Positions 26,360 to 36,040 of a stretch of DNA of 55,051 nucleotides are shown piece by piece. Position 1 is the first letter of the stretch, and the number at the start of each line of letters is the position of its first letter. The notes under the pieces are model-generated. The model did no database searches. It was not told where the DNA came from and saw only the letters and a program-made list of their open reading frames with translations. A program made the position numbers and the translations under genes. This DNA comes from Chthoniobacterales bacterium (GTDB taxonomy: Bacteria; Verrucomicrobiota; Verrucomicrobiia; Chthoniobacterales; JBKEAD01), in NCBI GenBank assembly GCA_047973165.1, contig JBKEBM010000071.1, positions 1 to 55,051 of the forward strand, written 5' to 3'.

Positions 26360-27031
26360 CTATCGCGATGATTTTCGTAGGGTGCTGGCCGGAAGTTCGC
26401 CGAAAAGCTCTTGATAATATCCCGAAAATCTTCCCATATGACGAAACCCACACTGAGAGGCAATGGCTTCCACAGTGAACTTTTTGTTTTCGGGACGGAG
26501 TAGTAGATTCCGCACGCGGTGCAGGGCAAAGCATCGCGTCCACTGGCCAGGACTCATGCCAAAAGCCAGTAAAAATTCTCGCTGCAAAGTGCGTGTCGTA
26601 GTCCCGGAAGCGAGGGTGAGGTTTGAGAGATTAAAAGGTTCGCTGAAGTTGGATTGAAGAAAAGTGTCGGCACGCTTGAGAATGGTTTGTCTTCGCTGCC
26701 AGTCAGCGCGTGTCCGGGAGGAGTTGTCTCTTTGAAAACTCCTGAGCATCTGCACAATGGTAATCAGGATCGGCTGGATCATGAGAATTCCGGTGGCGGG
26801 GTGCGCCCAGAGCATACGAACCATTCGATCAAGTTCAAAGCGTTCTTCGTCACTGAGAAGGAAACTGGTGATATGTTTCCACGGCAAATCGATCTCGCAG
26901 CCCAGCTGTTTTCGAGCGGCGGCTTGAAGTTGCTCCTCATCGAATTCGACGGCACCCTCTGGAGCGAACAACCTGCGTATTCCCAGATATTCTTTGCCTT
27001 CGACCGGATCAAAACCCTTGCGCCGCAACAC
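26360..27031 (-). CDS. AraC-family HTH transcriptional regulator, probably 5'-truncated
   Basis: C-terminal double HTH: LSNLTLASGTTTRTLQREFLLAFGMSPGQW...IASQCGFRHMGRFSGYYQELFG. The first ~28 codons (26948-27031) are antisense to the HAD-hydrolase remnant, so the annotated N-terminus is likely fortuitous. Confidence 0.6.
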   Translation of the reverse strand: MLRRKGFDPVEGKEYLGIRRLFAPEGAVEFDEEQLQAAARKQLGCEIDLPWKHITSFLLSDEERFELDRMVRMLWAHPATGILMIQPILITIVQMLRSFQRDNSSRTRADWQRRQTILKRADTFLQSNFSEPFNLSNLTLASGTTTRTLQREFLLAFGMSPGQWTRCFALHRVRNLLLRPENKKFTVEAIASQCGFRHMGRFSGYYQELFGELPASTLRKSSR

Positions 27032-27703
27032 CCCGAGTGGAAGGAAAAAGAACCCTTTGCCTCAGTCCTCAAAGGCGATATGAAAGGAGTGGCTGCTTCA
27101 GGAGAAAAAGGCCTCCTGGAAATCGTCGCCGCCACCCACGTGGGTATGAGCACGGAAGAATTTGAAAAAATCGTGGAAGATTGGATCACCACCGCAAAGC
27201 ATCCAAAAACGGGCAAGCTTTACACCGAGATGGTTTATCAACCGATGCTGGAACTGCTCGCTTATCTGCGTGCGAATGGATTTAAAACATTCATCGTTTC
27301 TGGTGGCGGCATCGAGTTCATGCGTCCGTGGACTGAGCGTGTTTACGGTGTTCCTCCGGAGCAGGTAGTGGGTTCCAGCGTTAAAACCAAATACGAACTC
27401 AAAGACGGAAAACCCGTGCTCACGCGTCTCCCCGAAGTCGATTTCATCGACGACAAAATCGGTAAACCAGTCGGAATCAATTCGCACATCGGGCGACTCC
27501 CCATCGCAGCTTTTGGAAACTCCGATGGCGATCAGCAGATGCTCGAATGGACTCAGGCTGGCCACGGTGCCAAGCTCATGATGCTCGTTCACCACGACGA
27601 TGCCGAACGCGAATGGGCCTACGGACCGAACTCCAAATTTGGCACCTTCAGCAATTCTCTAATGGAGGAAGCTGGAAAAAATGGTTGGACGATAATAAGC
27701 ATG
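26948..27703 (+). pseudogene. HAD-superfamily hydrolase remnant, truncated at both ends
   Basis: Good HAD-like sequence from DGTLW through FIVSGGG, FGNSDGDQQML and HHDDAEREWAY to GWTIISM. The nucleophile Asp of DxDGT is replaced (EFDGT). There is no signal peptide or N-terminal region, and the frame runs into unrelated sequence after ISM. Confidence 0.65.
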
Positions 27704-28163
27704 AATGGGAATTTGCCGCTCGCGGTGGCCTAGACGGCAAGCCCTACGTCTGGGGAGACGAATTCAAACCAAATGGCAAATACCAAGCCAACACCTTCCA
27801 AGGGCATTTTCCGGATAAGAACACAAAAGAAGACGGCTTCGCTATCATTGCACCCGTGGCAAGTTTCCCAGCAAACGGTTACGGTCTTTTTGACATGGCA
27901 GGCAATGTATGGGAGTGGTGCGGGGACTGGTGAAACTTGACAGCGTAACAGAAAACCCACAGGGGCCCGACTCATCCTACGATCCTTCAGAGCCAGCTGC
28001 TAAAAAATGCGTCATCAAAGGCGGAAGCTTTCTCTGCACCGATCAGTATTGCACCCGCTATATGCCGGGTGGACGCGGAAAAGGGGAGATCATGACCGGA
28101 CTCAATAACCTAGGTTTTCGCTGTGTAAAGGATGCTTCAGCACAAGAAAAAGAAACCCCATAG
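27700..28163 (+). pseudogene. Formylglycine-generating enzyme (FGE/SUMF1, sulfatase-modifying) family remnant, 5'-truncated and frameshifted
   Basis: HEWEFAARGGLDGKPYVWGDEF...GYGLFDMAGNVWEWCGDW, then a stop at 27931. The domain continues in another frame as ENPQGPD...VIKGGSFLCTDQYCTRYMPGGRGKGE...GFRCVKD. The N-terminal half of the domain is missing. Confidence 0.75.
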
Positions 28164-28173
28164 GCCATAATTT

Positions 28174-29391
28174 ATGATGTGGAATCCCCTAAAAAGCCTT
28201 TTGTTATTCTGTCTGGCAGGTTTTTCCATAACCGCCTTGAGAGCCCAGAACGCCGCGCCAGGACACACAAGTCTGAACAAATCCATCATCAGCGATACGA
28301 GCCAGCGCATTTCTGAAACGCCGACAGTCATTGATAACGGATGGTCTTTCACCCTCGAACCCTACCTCTGGGGAATCGGATTGTCTGGGGATATCGGGGT
28401 AAAAGGGATTCGCCCCATCGACGTTGATTTCTCTCCAAAATCCGTCCTCCACCACCTAGATTGGGGCCTCATGGCCAGAGGGGAGGTTCGCAAGGGCCGC
28501 TGGGGGCTGCTCGGAGATGGGCTTTTTGCAAAATTATCTGCCGACGGAAATCCCCCGGCACCACTTTACAGGGACGCCAGTTTGAAGGTCTATCAGGGGA
28601 TGGCTTCACTGGCTGTAGCTTATCGGATTGTTGACCGCCCTCAGGGCTTTCTCGATGTCTATGCCGGCGCACGTTTCAACTACATGCAGTTTAATTTCGG
28701 AGGAGACCTGGACTCCGCTGGAATTCAGCGTGTCAGCAATGCTGCCGTCGAACGAATTGGTGGGGTCATCGACAAACGGGTCGAAGCATACCTGCTTGCT
28801 AATTCCACCGCAATCACAGCCGAAATTCAGAAAAAAGTAGCCTCTCTTGCAACCGAAAAACTCATGACAGCCGCCGTAAGTCACCAAGGGGCAATTCAGG
28901 ATTCTTTAAGTGCCGATCAGCTTTATCAGATCGTGAGCAAACTGCAAAAAAACGATGCTGCTTACAGAGAGTTCTTAGCGGCTACAGCCGAAGCAAAAGC
29001 CGCCCAGTCAAAAAACCAACTGACACCGGCAATGCAACAACGCCTTGCCAACGCAAAGAAAAAACTCGCCAAAGCGTTGGCAAAAAAGATCGAGCAGGAA
29101 TTACCAACCTCCGCCAGAGGCGACCAATGGTGGGTGGACCCGATCCTTGGACTTTGCGGGCAGATTAATTTCACACGCTGGCTTTTTTTGGCCGCCCAAG
29201 GCGACGTGGGAGGTTTCGGTGCCGCTTCCGATATAGCATGGATGGCCCAGGCCTCCATTGGAGTAAACTTTACCCGACATATCTTCGGGGAGGTAGGCTA
29301 CCGATACTTCTATATGGATTACAAAAATGACGGATTCATCTACAAAGCTTCGCAATCCGGGGTGTTTATGGGAGTCGGAGTCAGATTTTAA
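28174..29391 (+). CDS. Outer-membrane beta-barrel protein with a large alpha-helical insertion
   Basis: 405 aa with a signal peptide. Alternating beta-strand pattern at both ends and a terminal ...GVFMGVGVRF (C-terminal Phe). The central ~150 aa are Ala/Lys/Gln-rich and look helical. Confidence 0.6.
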   Translation: MMWNPLKSLLLFCLAGFSITALRAQNAAPGHTSLNKSIISDTSQRISETPTVIDNGWSFTLEPYLWGIGLSGDIGVKGIRPIDVDFSPKSVLHHLDWGLMARGEVRKGRWGLLGDGLFAKLSADGNPPAPLYRDASLKVYQGMASLAVAYRIVDRPQGFLDVYAGARFNYMQFNFGGDLDSAGIQRVSNAAVERIGGVIDKRVEAYLLANSTAITAEIQKKVASLATEKLMTAAVSHQGAIQDSLSADQLYQIVSKLQKNDAAYREFLAATAEAKAAQSKNQLTPAMQQRLANAKKKLAKALAKKIEQELPTSARGDQWWVDPILGLCGQINFTRWLFLAAQGDVGGFGAASDIAWMAQASIGVNFTRHIFGEVGYRYFYMDYKNDGFIYKASQSGVFMGVGVRF

Positions 29392-29447
29392 AACAAGCGA
29401 AAGTTCCAGCTTCTTTCGTTAAATCGTATTATTAACCCGCGCAATAA

Positions 29448-30383
29448 TTAGGCGGCATACGCAATAGATTCGGCATCGAAGTATTTTTTTACTCGTGCGG
29501 GGTTGTTGGAGAGTTTGGAGGCGACATCTTCTACGGTCGCTCGCCACTTTCCTTTGTCGCGCCGTTCGGGACGTTTAGCAAGTTCGGTTTTGAGGTTACA
29601 GTTGAGGTATTCGTCGGGATTGAGATAGGGACTGTAGCTTGGGAGGTAACGCACTTGGATAAGATTTGCGTAACGTCGCAGCCAGCGTTTGATGACTTTG
29701 GAATGATGAACTCTCAGATTGTCGATGATGACCACGATCTTGCGACCGGCGGCTTCGTGGATTAAGCCCTTGAGAAAGGTGTGGAAGGTCTGGTAGGTGA
29801 AGCTGCCTTCGTAGCACATGAAGCAGAGTTTGCCTTGGTTGGTTACCGAACTGATCATGTTGATTTTCTCGTAGCGGGCGTTGTGTTCACGCACCGGGGT
29901 TTTGCCCTTTGGGGCATATCCGCAGCCTCGGTGGTCGTGACTGTTGAGGCCGGTTTCGTCAGCCCAGTGAATCTCGGCATTCTCTTTGGCGGCTTGCTTT
30001 TTGATGGCAGGGTATTCTTCTTTGAGCCAAGTTTGAACTTTTTTGTCATCGCGTTGGTAGGCTCGCTTGATTGGTCGTTGCGGGGTAAAGCCCCATCGTT
30101 TGAGGTAGCGCCCGACTTGCCGTAGATCGAGCTTTTTACCTGTCACTTCCTCAATGAGTAGGCCAACGGCTTCGCGGGTCCAGAGAGCGAAGGAAAGTTT
30201 GAGTTGATCTGGGGTTTTTTCGATAAGATGGTTGCGAATTTTTTTCGGTTCATCCAGGAAGTTTGTGTGTATGGAGAGAAAGGGTGAGATTAAAATAGGG
30301 TGAGGCGAAAACTGAAATCGGTCGAATACCTCGGGTAGCTTTGCAACCCCGAGCTTTAGTCCCTTAAAAGTCAAAAGCAGCAC
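29448..30383 (-). mobile_element. IS630-family DDE transposase gene, 5'-truncated (HTH region missing)
   Basis: EKTPDQLKLSFALWTREAV...LKRWGFTPQRP...IHWADETG...APKGKTP...VVIIDNLRVHHSK...LPSYSPYLNPDEYLN. The ORF opens with GTG and ~45 non-homologous codons. No upstream HTH ORF is present. Confidence 0.8.
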
Positions 30384-30398
30384 AAAAAGCGCAGAGTT

Positions 30399-30728
30399 TT
30401 AAAGGGCAGAAGATTGGAGCTTAGGAAAGATAAGCCATTGATGAAGTTTGCAGCAGGTGGTGTTGAGCCACCGTGCGGTGGTAACGAAAAAAAGTAATAT
30501 CATTGCTGGTAGCCTCAATGCGCAGCACGCCAACTTAAGCGCATTATCCCGAATACTCTCGCGCAAAGGCTCTGCAAAACGCCCAATATCAAAACACCAA
30601 ACCCCCTCCATCGCCCGGGGATGCACCACCTCTGTAAGCGTCCTCGTTACCACCAAATGATCAAAATATCCCCAAACCTCTTCTATTTCTTCTGCATAAC
30701 GCGTTAGTAATTCCGATATTTTTTCCAT
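30399..30728 (-). CDS. Hypothetical ORF, possibly the 5' remnant of a gene interrupted next to the IS630 fragment
   Basis: The first ~65 aa look protein-like (MEKISELLTRYAEEIEEVWGYFDHLVV...). The C-terminal ~40 aa are Cys/Leu-rich, low-quality sequence. Confidence 0.25.
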   Translation of the reverse strand: MEKISELLTRYAEEIEEVWGYFDHLVVTRTLTEVVHPRAMEGVWCFDIGRFAEPLRESIRDNALKLACCALRLPAMILLFFVTTARWLNTTCCKLHQWLIFPKLQSSAL

Positions 30729-31088
30729 AAATCCACACTATCACATCCCTCACCTCTTGGCGCCCAGGGGATTGCCATGTTGTGGCGTAAAAACCGACGC
30801 CTTTTTTCTTATACACATGAACTTTCCGGATGAAGCAAATTCTCTTCTCGAAAAAACTCCCGAAACTAATTTTTTCTCTTTTTTACAGATTTTTTTCGTA
30901 TCATAAACTAATTGAAATCAACATATTACAAAAAAATTTCTAAATGAATATCGTTGCGCAATAAAAATATATTGCATTCTATCAAATTTTTGTATAACTT
31001 TCCAGCAGTTCATTAAGCCAGTCTCTTAAGGATCAGTTTAGTGAGCTGCGAAAACTTAATTGTTTTTTTCATAGTTAGTAGTTCGAGG

Positions 31089-31142
31089 CGGCTGTGTTTT
31101 ATTTCCTAGAGGGGGGCTTAAAGCGCAGCCGTTCTCCTTTTT
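31089..31142 (+). terminator. Orphan terminator-like hairpin inside a long non-coding gap
   Basis: CGGCTGTG (31089-31096) pairs with CGCAGCCG (31124-31131), one G-U pair, and is followed by ttctcctttttt. No annotated gene lies upstream on this strand. Confidence 0.4.
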
Positions 31143-31606
31143 CGAATGCTTTAAATTTTCTCAGCGTCCCTTCATACCAAATCTATGTTCGAGTTTAAAT
31201 ACTGACATCAAAGCGTCAGGTGTAAATCGTATGACGAAGGCGACTCCTTTACAAAAAATAGTCAAACAAGGATGACGGACTCAGCATACTACCGTGCGTG
31301 AGTTACCTATGACAAAAAAAACGGACCCAGGCTCCACAGAGTTTTTGTTGCCTGGGGAGAAGGGCGGAAGCTCTATTGTATCTTTGATACATGGGGTAAA
31401 GCCGGCGATGCCAGACGACAAAAAAGCAAATAGATACTCCAATTATTTTTTGGATCTGGTATAAGTTCGGATTGCATCACCTGAGGGATATTCGGAAACC
31501 TTTTCCCAAAAATCTTTCTCATTTCTCATTTACCACTTGCAGCAAAGCCCGCTTCGTGGCAAAACCCCTGTCCTCATTACACAAAGAAGAAAAAAATAAA
31601 AAAGAC

Positions 31607-31867
31607 ATGGCCACAACAGCTACAGCCGAAGCAGGCGATTTAAAACTGCACGATAAAGACACCGGAAGTGCCGGAGTGCAGATCGCAGTCCTTACCGAAA
31701 AAATCAATACACTCACCGATCACCTGAAGTCTCACGCAAAGGATCATTCATCCCGTCGAGGTCTTCTGAAGATGGTAGCCCAGCGCCGCCGCCTCCTCGA
31801 CTATCTCAAGCGCGTCGAAGGCAGCCGCTACAAAACCGTCATCGAAAAGCTCAACTTACGTAAGTAA
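31607..31867 (+). CDS. rpsO: 30S ribosomal protein S15
   Basis: An internal ATG gives an 86-aa protein with [50 protein letters not shown]. Confidence 0.95.
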   Translation: MATTATAEAGDLKLHDKDTGSAGVQIAVLTEKINTLTDHLKSHAKDHSSRRGLLKMVAQRRRLLDYLKRVEGSRYKTVIEKLNLRK

Positions 31868-31888
31868 GTCATTCCAAACAAAAGCCGA

Positions 31889-31914
31889 AACTGACCGCAT
31901 CCGGTCAGTTTTCT
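31889..31914 (+). terminator. rpsO-pnp intergenic hairpin (terminator/attenuator)
   Basis: AACTGACCG-catc-CGGTCAGTT followed by ttct. Its position is analogous to the rpsO terminator / pnp leader hairpin known in other bacteria. Confidence 0.65.
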
Positions 31915-31972
31915 GCTGTCAGCCCCCGTGATCATCGGGCTGACCCATCACACACTAATCCCTTATTCTATT

Positions 31973-34123
31973 ATGTCACACTCAGTCACCTGCCAAATCG
32001 GTCAGGCATCCATCACTTTCGAAACCGGCAAACTTGCCAAACTCGCCGACGGCGCCGTCCTCATCCGTTGCAACGACACTGTCGTCCTCACCACAGCTGT
32101 CTCCGCTACCACCGTCAAAGAAGGGCAAAATTTCTTCCCTCTCACTGTTGACTATCGTGAAAAAGCAGCAGCTGCCGGCAAATTTCCAGGCGGATATTTC
32201 AAACGCGAAGGCCGCCCCTCCGAAAAAGAAATTTTAACCTCCCGCCTAACCGACCGCCCACTCCGCCCGCTCTTTCCAAAAGGCTACCTCTACGACACGC
32301 AAGTCATCAGCCTCCTGCTAAGTGCCGACGGAGTCAACGACCCCGACATTCTTAGTATAAACGCCGCCTCGGCAGCCGTGGCCGTCTCCGACATCCCCTT
32401 TGCAGGACCCGTCGGCGCAGTCCGCGTCGGACGCATTGCCGGTGAATTTGTCGTCAACCCAACCCACGACCAACGCGAAGAAAGTGATCTCGACCTCATC
32501 TACGTCGGCGACGGCGAACAGGTCATCATGATCGAAGGTGCAGCCAACGAACTCCCCGAAGCTGAGTTTGTAAAAGCACTCGACTACGCAAAAGAACAGG
32601 TTCTTATCCTTGTCAACGCACAAAAAGAACTCGTCAGCCTCGCCGGCAAAGCCAAACGTGAAGCCGAACTCTTCACCGTCCGCGACGAATTCAACGAAAT
32701 TGCAAACCAGATCGTCGGCGACCGTATCGCAGCCGCCATCTATACACCCGGTAAACAAGACCGCGCAAAAGCCACCGCTGCACTTCAAAAAGAAGTCTCC
32801 GCAGCCATCCTCGAAAAATATCCCGACGCAGACAGCTTCGAAATCTCCCAGGCCTTCGAGCAACTCGAGAAAAAAGCCTTCCGTATCAGCATCCTTGACA
32901 AACAGGAGCGCTGTGACGGACGCGCACTCCACGAACTCCGCAAACTCGAATCCGAAGTCGGCCTGCTCCCACGCGTTCACGGCTCCGCCCTCTTCCAGCG
33001 CGGCGAAACCCAAGCCCTTGCCCTCACCACGCTCGCCACAGCCGAAGAAGGTCAGGAATTTGACGCCTACGGCGGCGGCGTCTCCAGCAAACGCTTCCTT
33101 CTCCACTACAACTTCCCGCCATTCAGTGTCGGCGAAACCGGCCGCTTCGGCGCCACCAGCCGTCGCGAAACCGGCCACGGTGCACTCGCCGAACGCTCCA
33201 TCCTGCCCGTCATCCCACCCGTCGATGAATTCCCTTACGCCATCCGCATCACCAGCGAAGTGATGGAGTCCAACGGCTCCACCTCCATGGCCTCCGTCTG
33301 CGGCGGCACTCTCGCCCTGCTCGACGCCGGAGTTCCGCTCCGCCGACCCGTCGCCGGAATCTCCGTCGGCCTTGTCACCGAGTATGACGAAAACGGACAG
33401 CTCAAACGCTACCACACCCTCAGCGACATCCTCGGATCCGAAGATCACTACGGCGACATGGACTTCAAACTCTGCGGCACCTCCGAAGGCATCACCGGAT
33501 TCCAGCTCGACCTGAAGCTTGCCGGCATCCCGCACAGCATTATGTCCGAAGCCGTCGAACTCGCGACCAAAACCCGTGGTGATATCCTCAACCACATGGC
33601 CGGAACTCTCTCCGGACACCGCGAGGAAATGAGCCCCCACGCCCCGCGTATCGAAACCATCCGCATCTCTCCCGATAAGATCGGAATGCTCATCGGCCCC
33701 GGTGGCAAAACCATCAAAGGTATCGTCGCCGAAACTGGTGCCGAAATCAACATCGACGACGACGGCTCTGTCCACATCTACTCCAGCATCGCCGAAAGCC
33801 TCAACCGCGCCAAAGAGATCATCCAAAATATGCTCAAAGAAATCACCGTCGGTGAACTCTACCAGGGCACAGTTGTTTCGATCAAAGAATTCGGTGCCTT
33901 TGTCGAAGTGCTGCCCGGAAAAGACGGACTCGTTCATATTTCCGAACTCGCCGACTTCCGCGTCAAACGCACCGAAGACGTTGTCAAGCAAGGCGACAGC
34001 ATCTGGGTTAAATGCATCGGTATCGACGACAAAGGACGCGTAAAGCTCAGCCGCAAGGCCGCCATGGCTGAGCGCGACGCCGAACACGGCGAAGCCACCC
34101 CGTCCGACGACGCACAGGGATAA
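31973..34123 (+). CDS. pnp: Polyribonucleotide nucleotidyltransferase (PNPase)
   Basis: An internal ATG at 31973 gives 716 aa with two RNase PH domains, KH (ISPDKIGMLIGPGGKTIK) and S1 (GTVVSIKEFGAFVEVLPGKDGLVHISELA). Confidence 0.95.
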   Translation: MSHSVTCQIGQASITFETGKLAKLADGAVLIRCNDTVVLTTAVSATTVKEGQNFFPLTVDYREKAAAAGKFPGGYFKREGRPSEKEILTSRLTDRPLRPLFPKGYLYDTQVISLLLSADGVNDPDILSINAASAAVAVSDIPFAGPVGAVRVGRIAGEFVVNPTHDQREESDLDLIYVGDGEQVIMIEGAANELPEAEFVKALDYAKEQVLILVNAQKELVSLAGKAKREAELFTVRDEFNEIANQIVGDRIAAAIYTPGKQDRAKATAALQKEVSAAILEKYPDADSFEISQAFEQLEKKAFRISILDKQERCDGRALHELRKLESEVGLLPRVHGSALFQRGETQALALTTLATAEEGQEFDAYGGGVSSKRFLLHYNFPPFSVGETGRFGATSRRETGHGALAERSILPVIPPVDEFPYAIRITSEVMESNGSTSMASVCGGTLALLDAGVPLRRPVAGISVGLVTEYDENGQLKRYHTLSDILGSEDHYGDMDFKLCGTSEGITGFQLDLKLAGIPHSIMSEAVELATKTRGDILNHMAGTLSGHREEMSPHAPRIETIRISPDKIGMLIGPGGKTIKGIVAETGAEINIDDDGSVHIYSSIAESLNRAKEIIQNMLKEITVGELYQGTVVSIKEFGAFVEVLPGKDGLVHISELADFRVKRTEDVVKQGDSIWVKCIGIDDKGRVKLSRKAAMAERDAEHGEATPSDDAQG

Positions 34124-34154
34124 AAGCGCACAGTGTCCCAAGCACGCTTCACAG

Positions 34155-34233
34155 CACAAACAGCTGCGAGGCGTGTTTGTGTTTAATACCAGGATAAAAA
34201 ATACCTGACTGAGATAGATAACTTTCAGGTATC
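34155..34233. terminator. Two hairpins between convergent pnp and the ROK kinase gene
   Basis: CACAAAC...GTTTGTG (34155-34181) followed by ttt, and ATACCTGA...TCAGGTAT (34201-34233) preceded by an A-run. Confidence 0.5.
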
Positions 34234-34324
34234 TCCTGACGATCCGGCAGGACCACTGGGCTGCTAGCCTTGCTGCTACCAGTTGGCCAGTTGGCGAGAG
34301 AGCAAGGTTTGTCTCAAAGATGTT

Positions 34325-35233
34325 TTACTTTGTCAGCAGAGCCGCACCGAAGACGCCTGCGCTATCGCCCAGTTGGGGGCGCAGAAATTTTGTCGTGAGT
34401 TGCGACTGAAAAATACGTTTATCAATTTTTTTCAGCGTCTCTGCACTATAGATTTCGTCAATGTTCCCAACCCCTCCACCGACAACAACAGCGTCGGGAT
34501 CAAGTAAATTGATCACCAAACTGATCGCTTCAGAAAACTTGTCTGTCAGTTGATTAAGCGTTGCCGCTGCGTGAAGGTTGGCACCACAACGTGCGTCCTG
34601 AACAATTTCCGGCAGACGTTTTTTCTGCTGCGAGAGAGAGGTAAAAAATTTTTCCAAAGCAGGCCCGCAAAGATAACTCTCTACTGTCCCCCGTGTTCCG
34701 TAAACCGACTCCGGTCCGTCGGGGTCCAGGACAATCTGCCCCCATTCCCCGGCAATCCCGTGACAACCATGAAGTGCCCGCCCGTCAACAACAATTCCCC
34801 CGCCGACTCCTGTGCCCAGAATCACTCCAAAGACAAGCCGGAAATTTTTTGCTGCACCGAGAAGTGCTTCCGCCAGAGCAAAACAATTCGCATCATTTTC
34901 GACAACGAGCTTACGCCCAAGAAGTGCTGAGAGGTCTTCCTGCAAAGGCTTTTCCTGCAGAGCCTGGGTATTGCTGCATTTTATTTTTCGGGTATGCGGA
35001 TCCAGCGTGCCGGGATGGCCCAGGCCAATTACGTCCGGAAGCGGAACTCCGGTTTCTTCTTCAACCTGCGAACAAAGTTTTTTTATTTGCGAAAGAATAT
35101 GCCGGTATCCTTTTTCCTGTTCGGTAGGGACACGCAGACGACAATGCGCACGCGCCGGATCATTCCTCGGCACAAGTGCTGCCTCGATTTTTGTTCCGCC
35201 AAGATCGATACCCAGCAAAAAATCTTTTGACAT
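34325..35233 (-). CDS. ROK-family sugar kinase (N-acetylglucosamine/glucose kinase-like)
   Basis: LGIDLGGTKIEAALV, GHPG, ENDANCFALAE, GTGVGGGIV and a CxCG-type zinc region. The ATG at 35233 is preferred to the TTG at 35248. Confidence 0.85.
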   Translation of the reverse strand: MSKDFLLGIDLGGTKIEAALVPRNDPARAHCRLRVPTEQEKGYRHILSQIKKLCSQVEEETGVPLPDVIGLGHPGTLDPHTRKIKCSNTQALQEKPLQEDLSALLGRKLVVENDANCFALAEALLGAAKNFRLVFGVILGTGVGGGIVVDGRALHGCHGIAGEWGQIVLDPDGPESVYGTRGTVESYLCGPALEKFFTSLSQQKKRLPEIVQDARCGANLHAAATLNQLTDKFSEAISLVINLLDPDAVVVGGGVGNIDEIYSAETLKKIDKRIFQSQLTTKFLRPQLGDSAGVFGAALLTK

Positions 35234-35244
35234 ACTAGAGGCAC

Positions 35245-35745
35245 TCAAATGCCACCCTGGCTGCTGACTACACGCTGCAACTCCGACTGAAACGCCATCA
35301 GTGCAGCCTGAGCCGGCTTATAGCCGGGAGTATCAGGATTGAGACCAAGTTGTCCCGACTGATCGAGATACCAGTCTGCTTTTTCCCCATCGGAAAAAAC
35401 GACCTTTCCGCTAACCAAAGTGCCAGGCGTCACCACCTGATCAATTGTAACCGAAACGGATCCGCCGGAAAAATCCTTCGACGGATCAGGCAACAACTCA
35501 GCCTCTCCTGGAGGTTCATTTGCTGCCTGAAAATCTTCTCCGTCAGAAATCGGCTGTGCATCCTCATCCTTCTTGGATTCCTCATCCTTTGGTGCAAGTT
35601 TCAGGTCGTCCATCAAAAGACGCGCCTCAAGATAAGTGATCGAAATCTGAAACTCCTCGCGCAATTTCGTCTGTATTTCACTCAAATCAACTCCGTCCGT
35701 AATCCATTGTCGCACGGCCTGCTGCTGCTCTTCGGTCAAATTCAT
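35245..35745 (-). CDS. Hypothetical acidic protein
   Basis: 166 aa with a clean ATG, directly upstream of and co-oriented with the ROK kinase gene. No motif recognised. Confidence 0.5.
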   Translation of the reverse strand: MNLTEEQQQAVRQWITDGVDLSEIQTKLREEFQISITYLEARLLMDDLKLAPKDEESKKDEDAQPISDGEDFQAANEPPGEAELLPDPSKDFSGGSVSVTIDQVVTPGTLVSGKVVFSDGEKADWYLDQSGQLGLNPDTPGYKPAQAALMAFQSELQRVVSSQGGI

Positions 35746-36040
35746 AGGCCTGTATCAAAGCGACACTCTCATCACTTGTCAAAATCCCTTCGTAAAATTT
35801 CGCAGCAAAAGGCTTCAAGTAAATTTTTGCATTAAAATAAAAACGCCATGTAACAGGTAAAGTAAATTCAAAAACTCCTGCACCAGCCTGGAACGAAATT
35901 CGGACAATTTTGCACAAGCGACTAATGTAAACCACATTCGATAACTTTTTACGCTAAATCATACCCTGCAAAACCAACTTCACATATGAGTAAAGCAGTC
36001 TCTTAAATCCTTAAATTTTAGTTGACTCAAACATCAGTCT

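Noticed and set aside
31309-31464. 51-aa ORF (MTKKTDPGSTEFLLPGEKGG...) in the long non-coding gap
   Set aside because: No Shine-Dalgarno-like sequence, no recognisable motif, and no second copy for comparison. It is as likely to be chance as real.
32318-34159. 613-aa ORF on the minus strand
   Set aside because: It is entirely antisense to pnp, which has unmistakable PNPase domains. Its translation is a low-complexity Gly/Ala/Asp/Val/Phe string typical of a shadow frame.
35687-35935. 82-aa minus-strand ORF upstream of the 166-aa hypothetical gene
   Set aside because: It overlaps that gene's start in another frame, has an implausible composition, and has no supporting signal.
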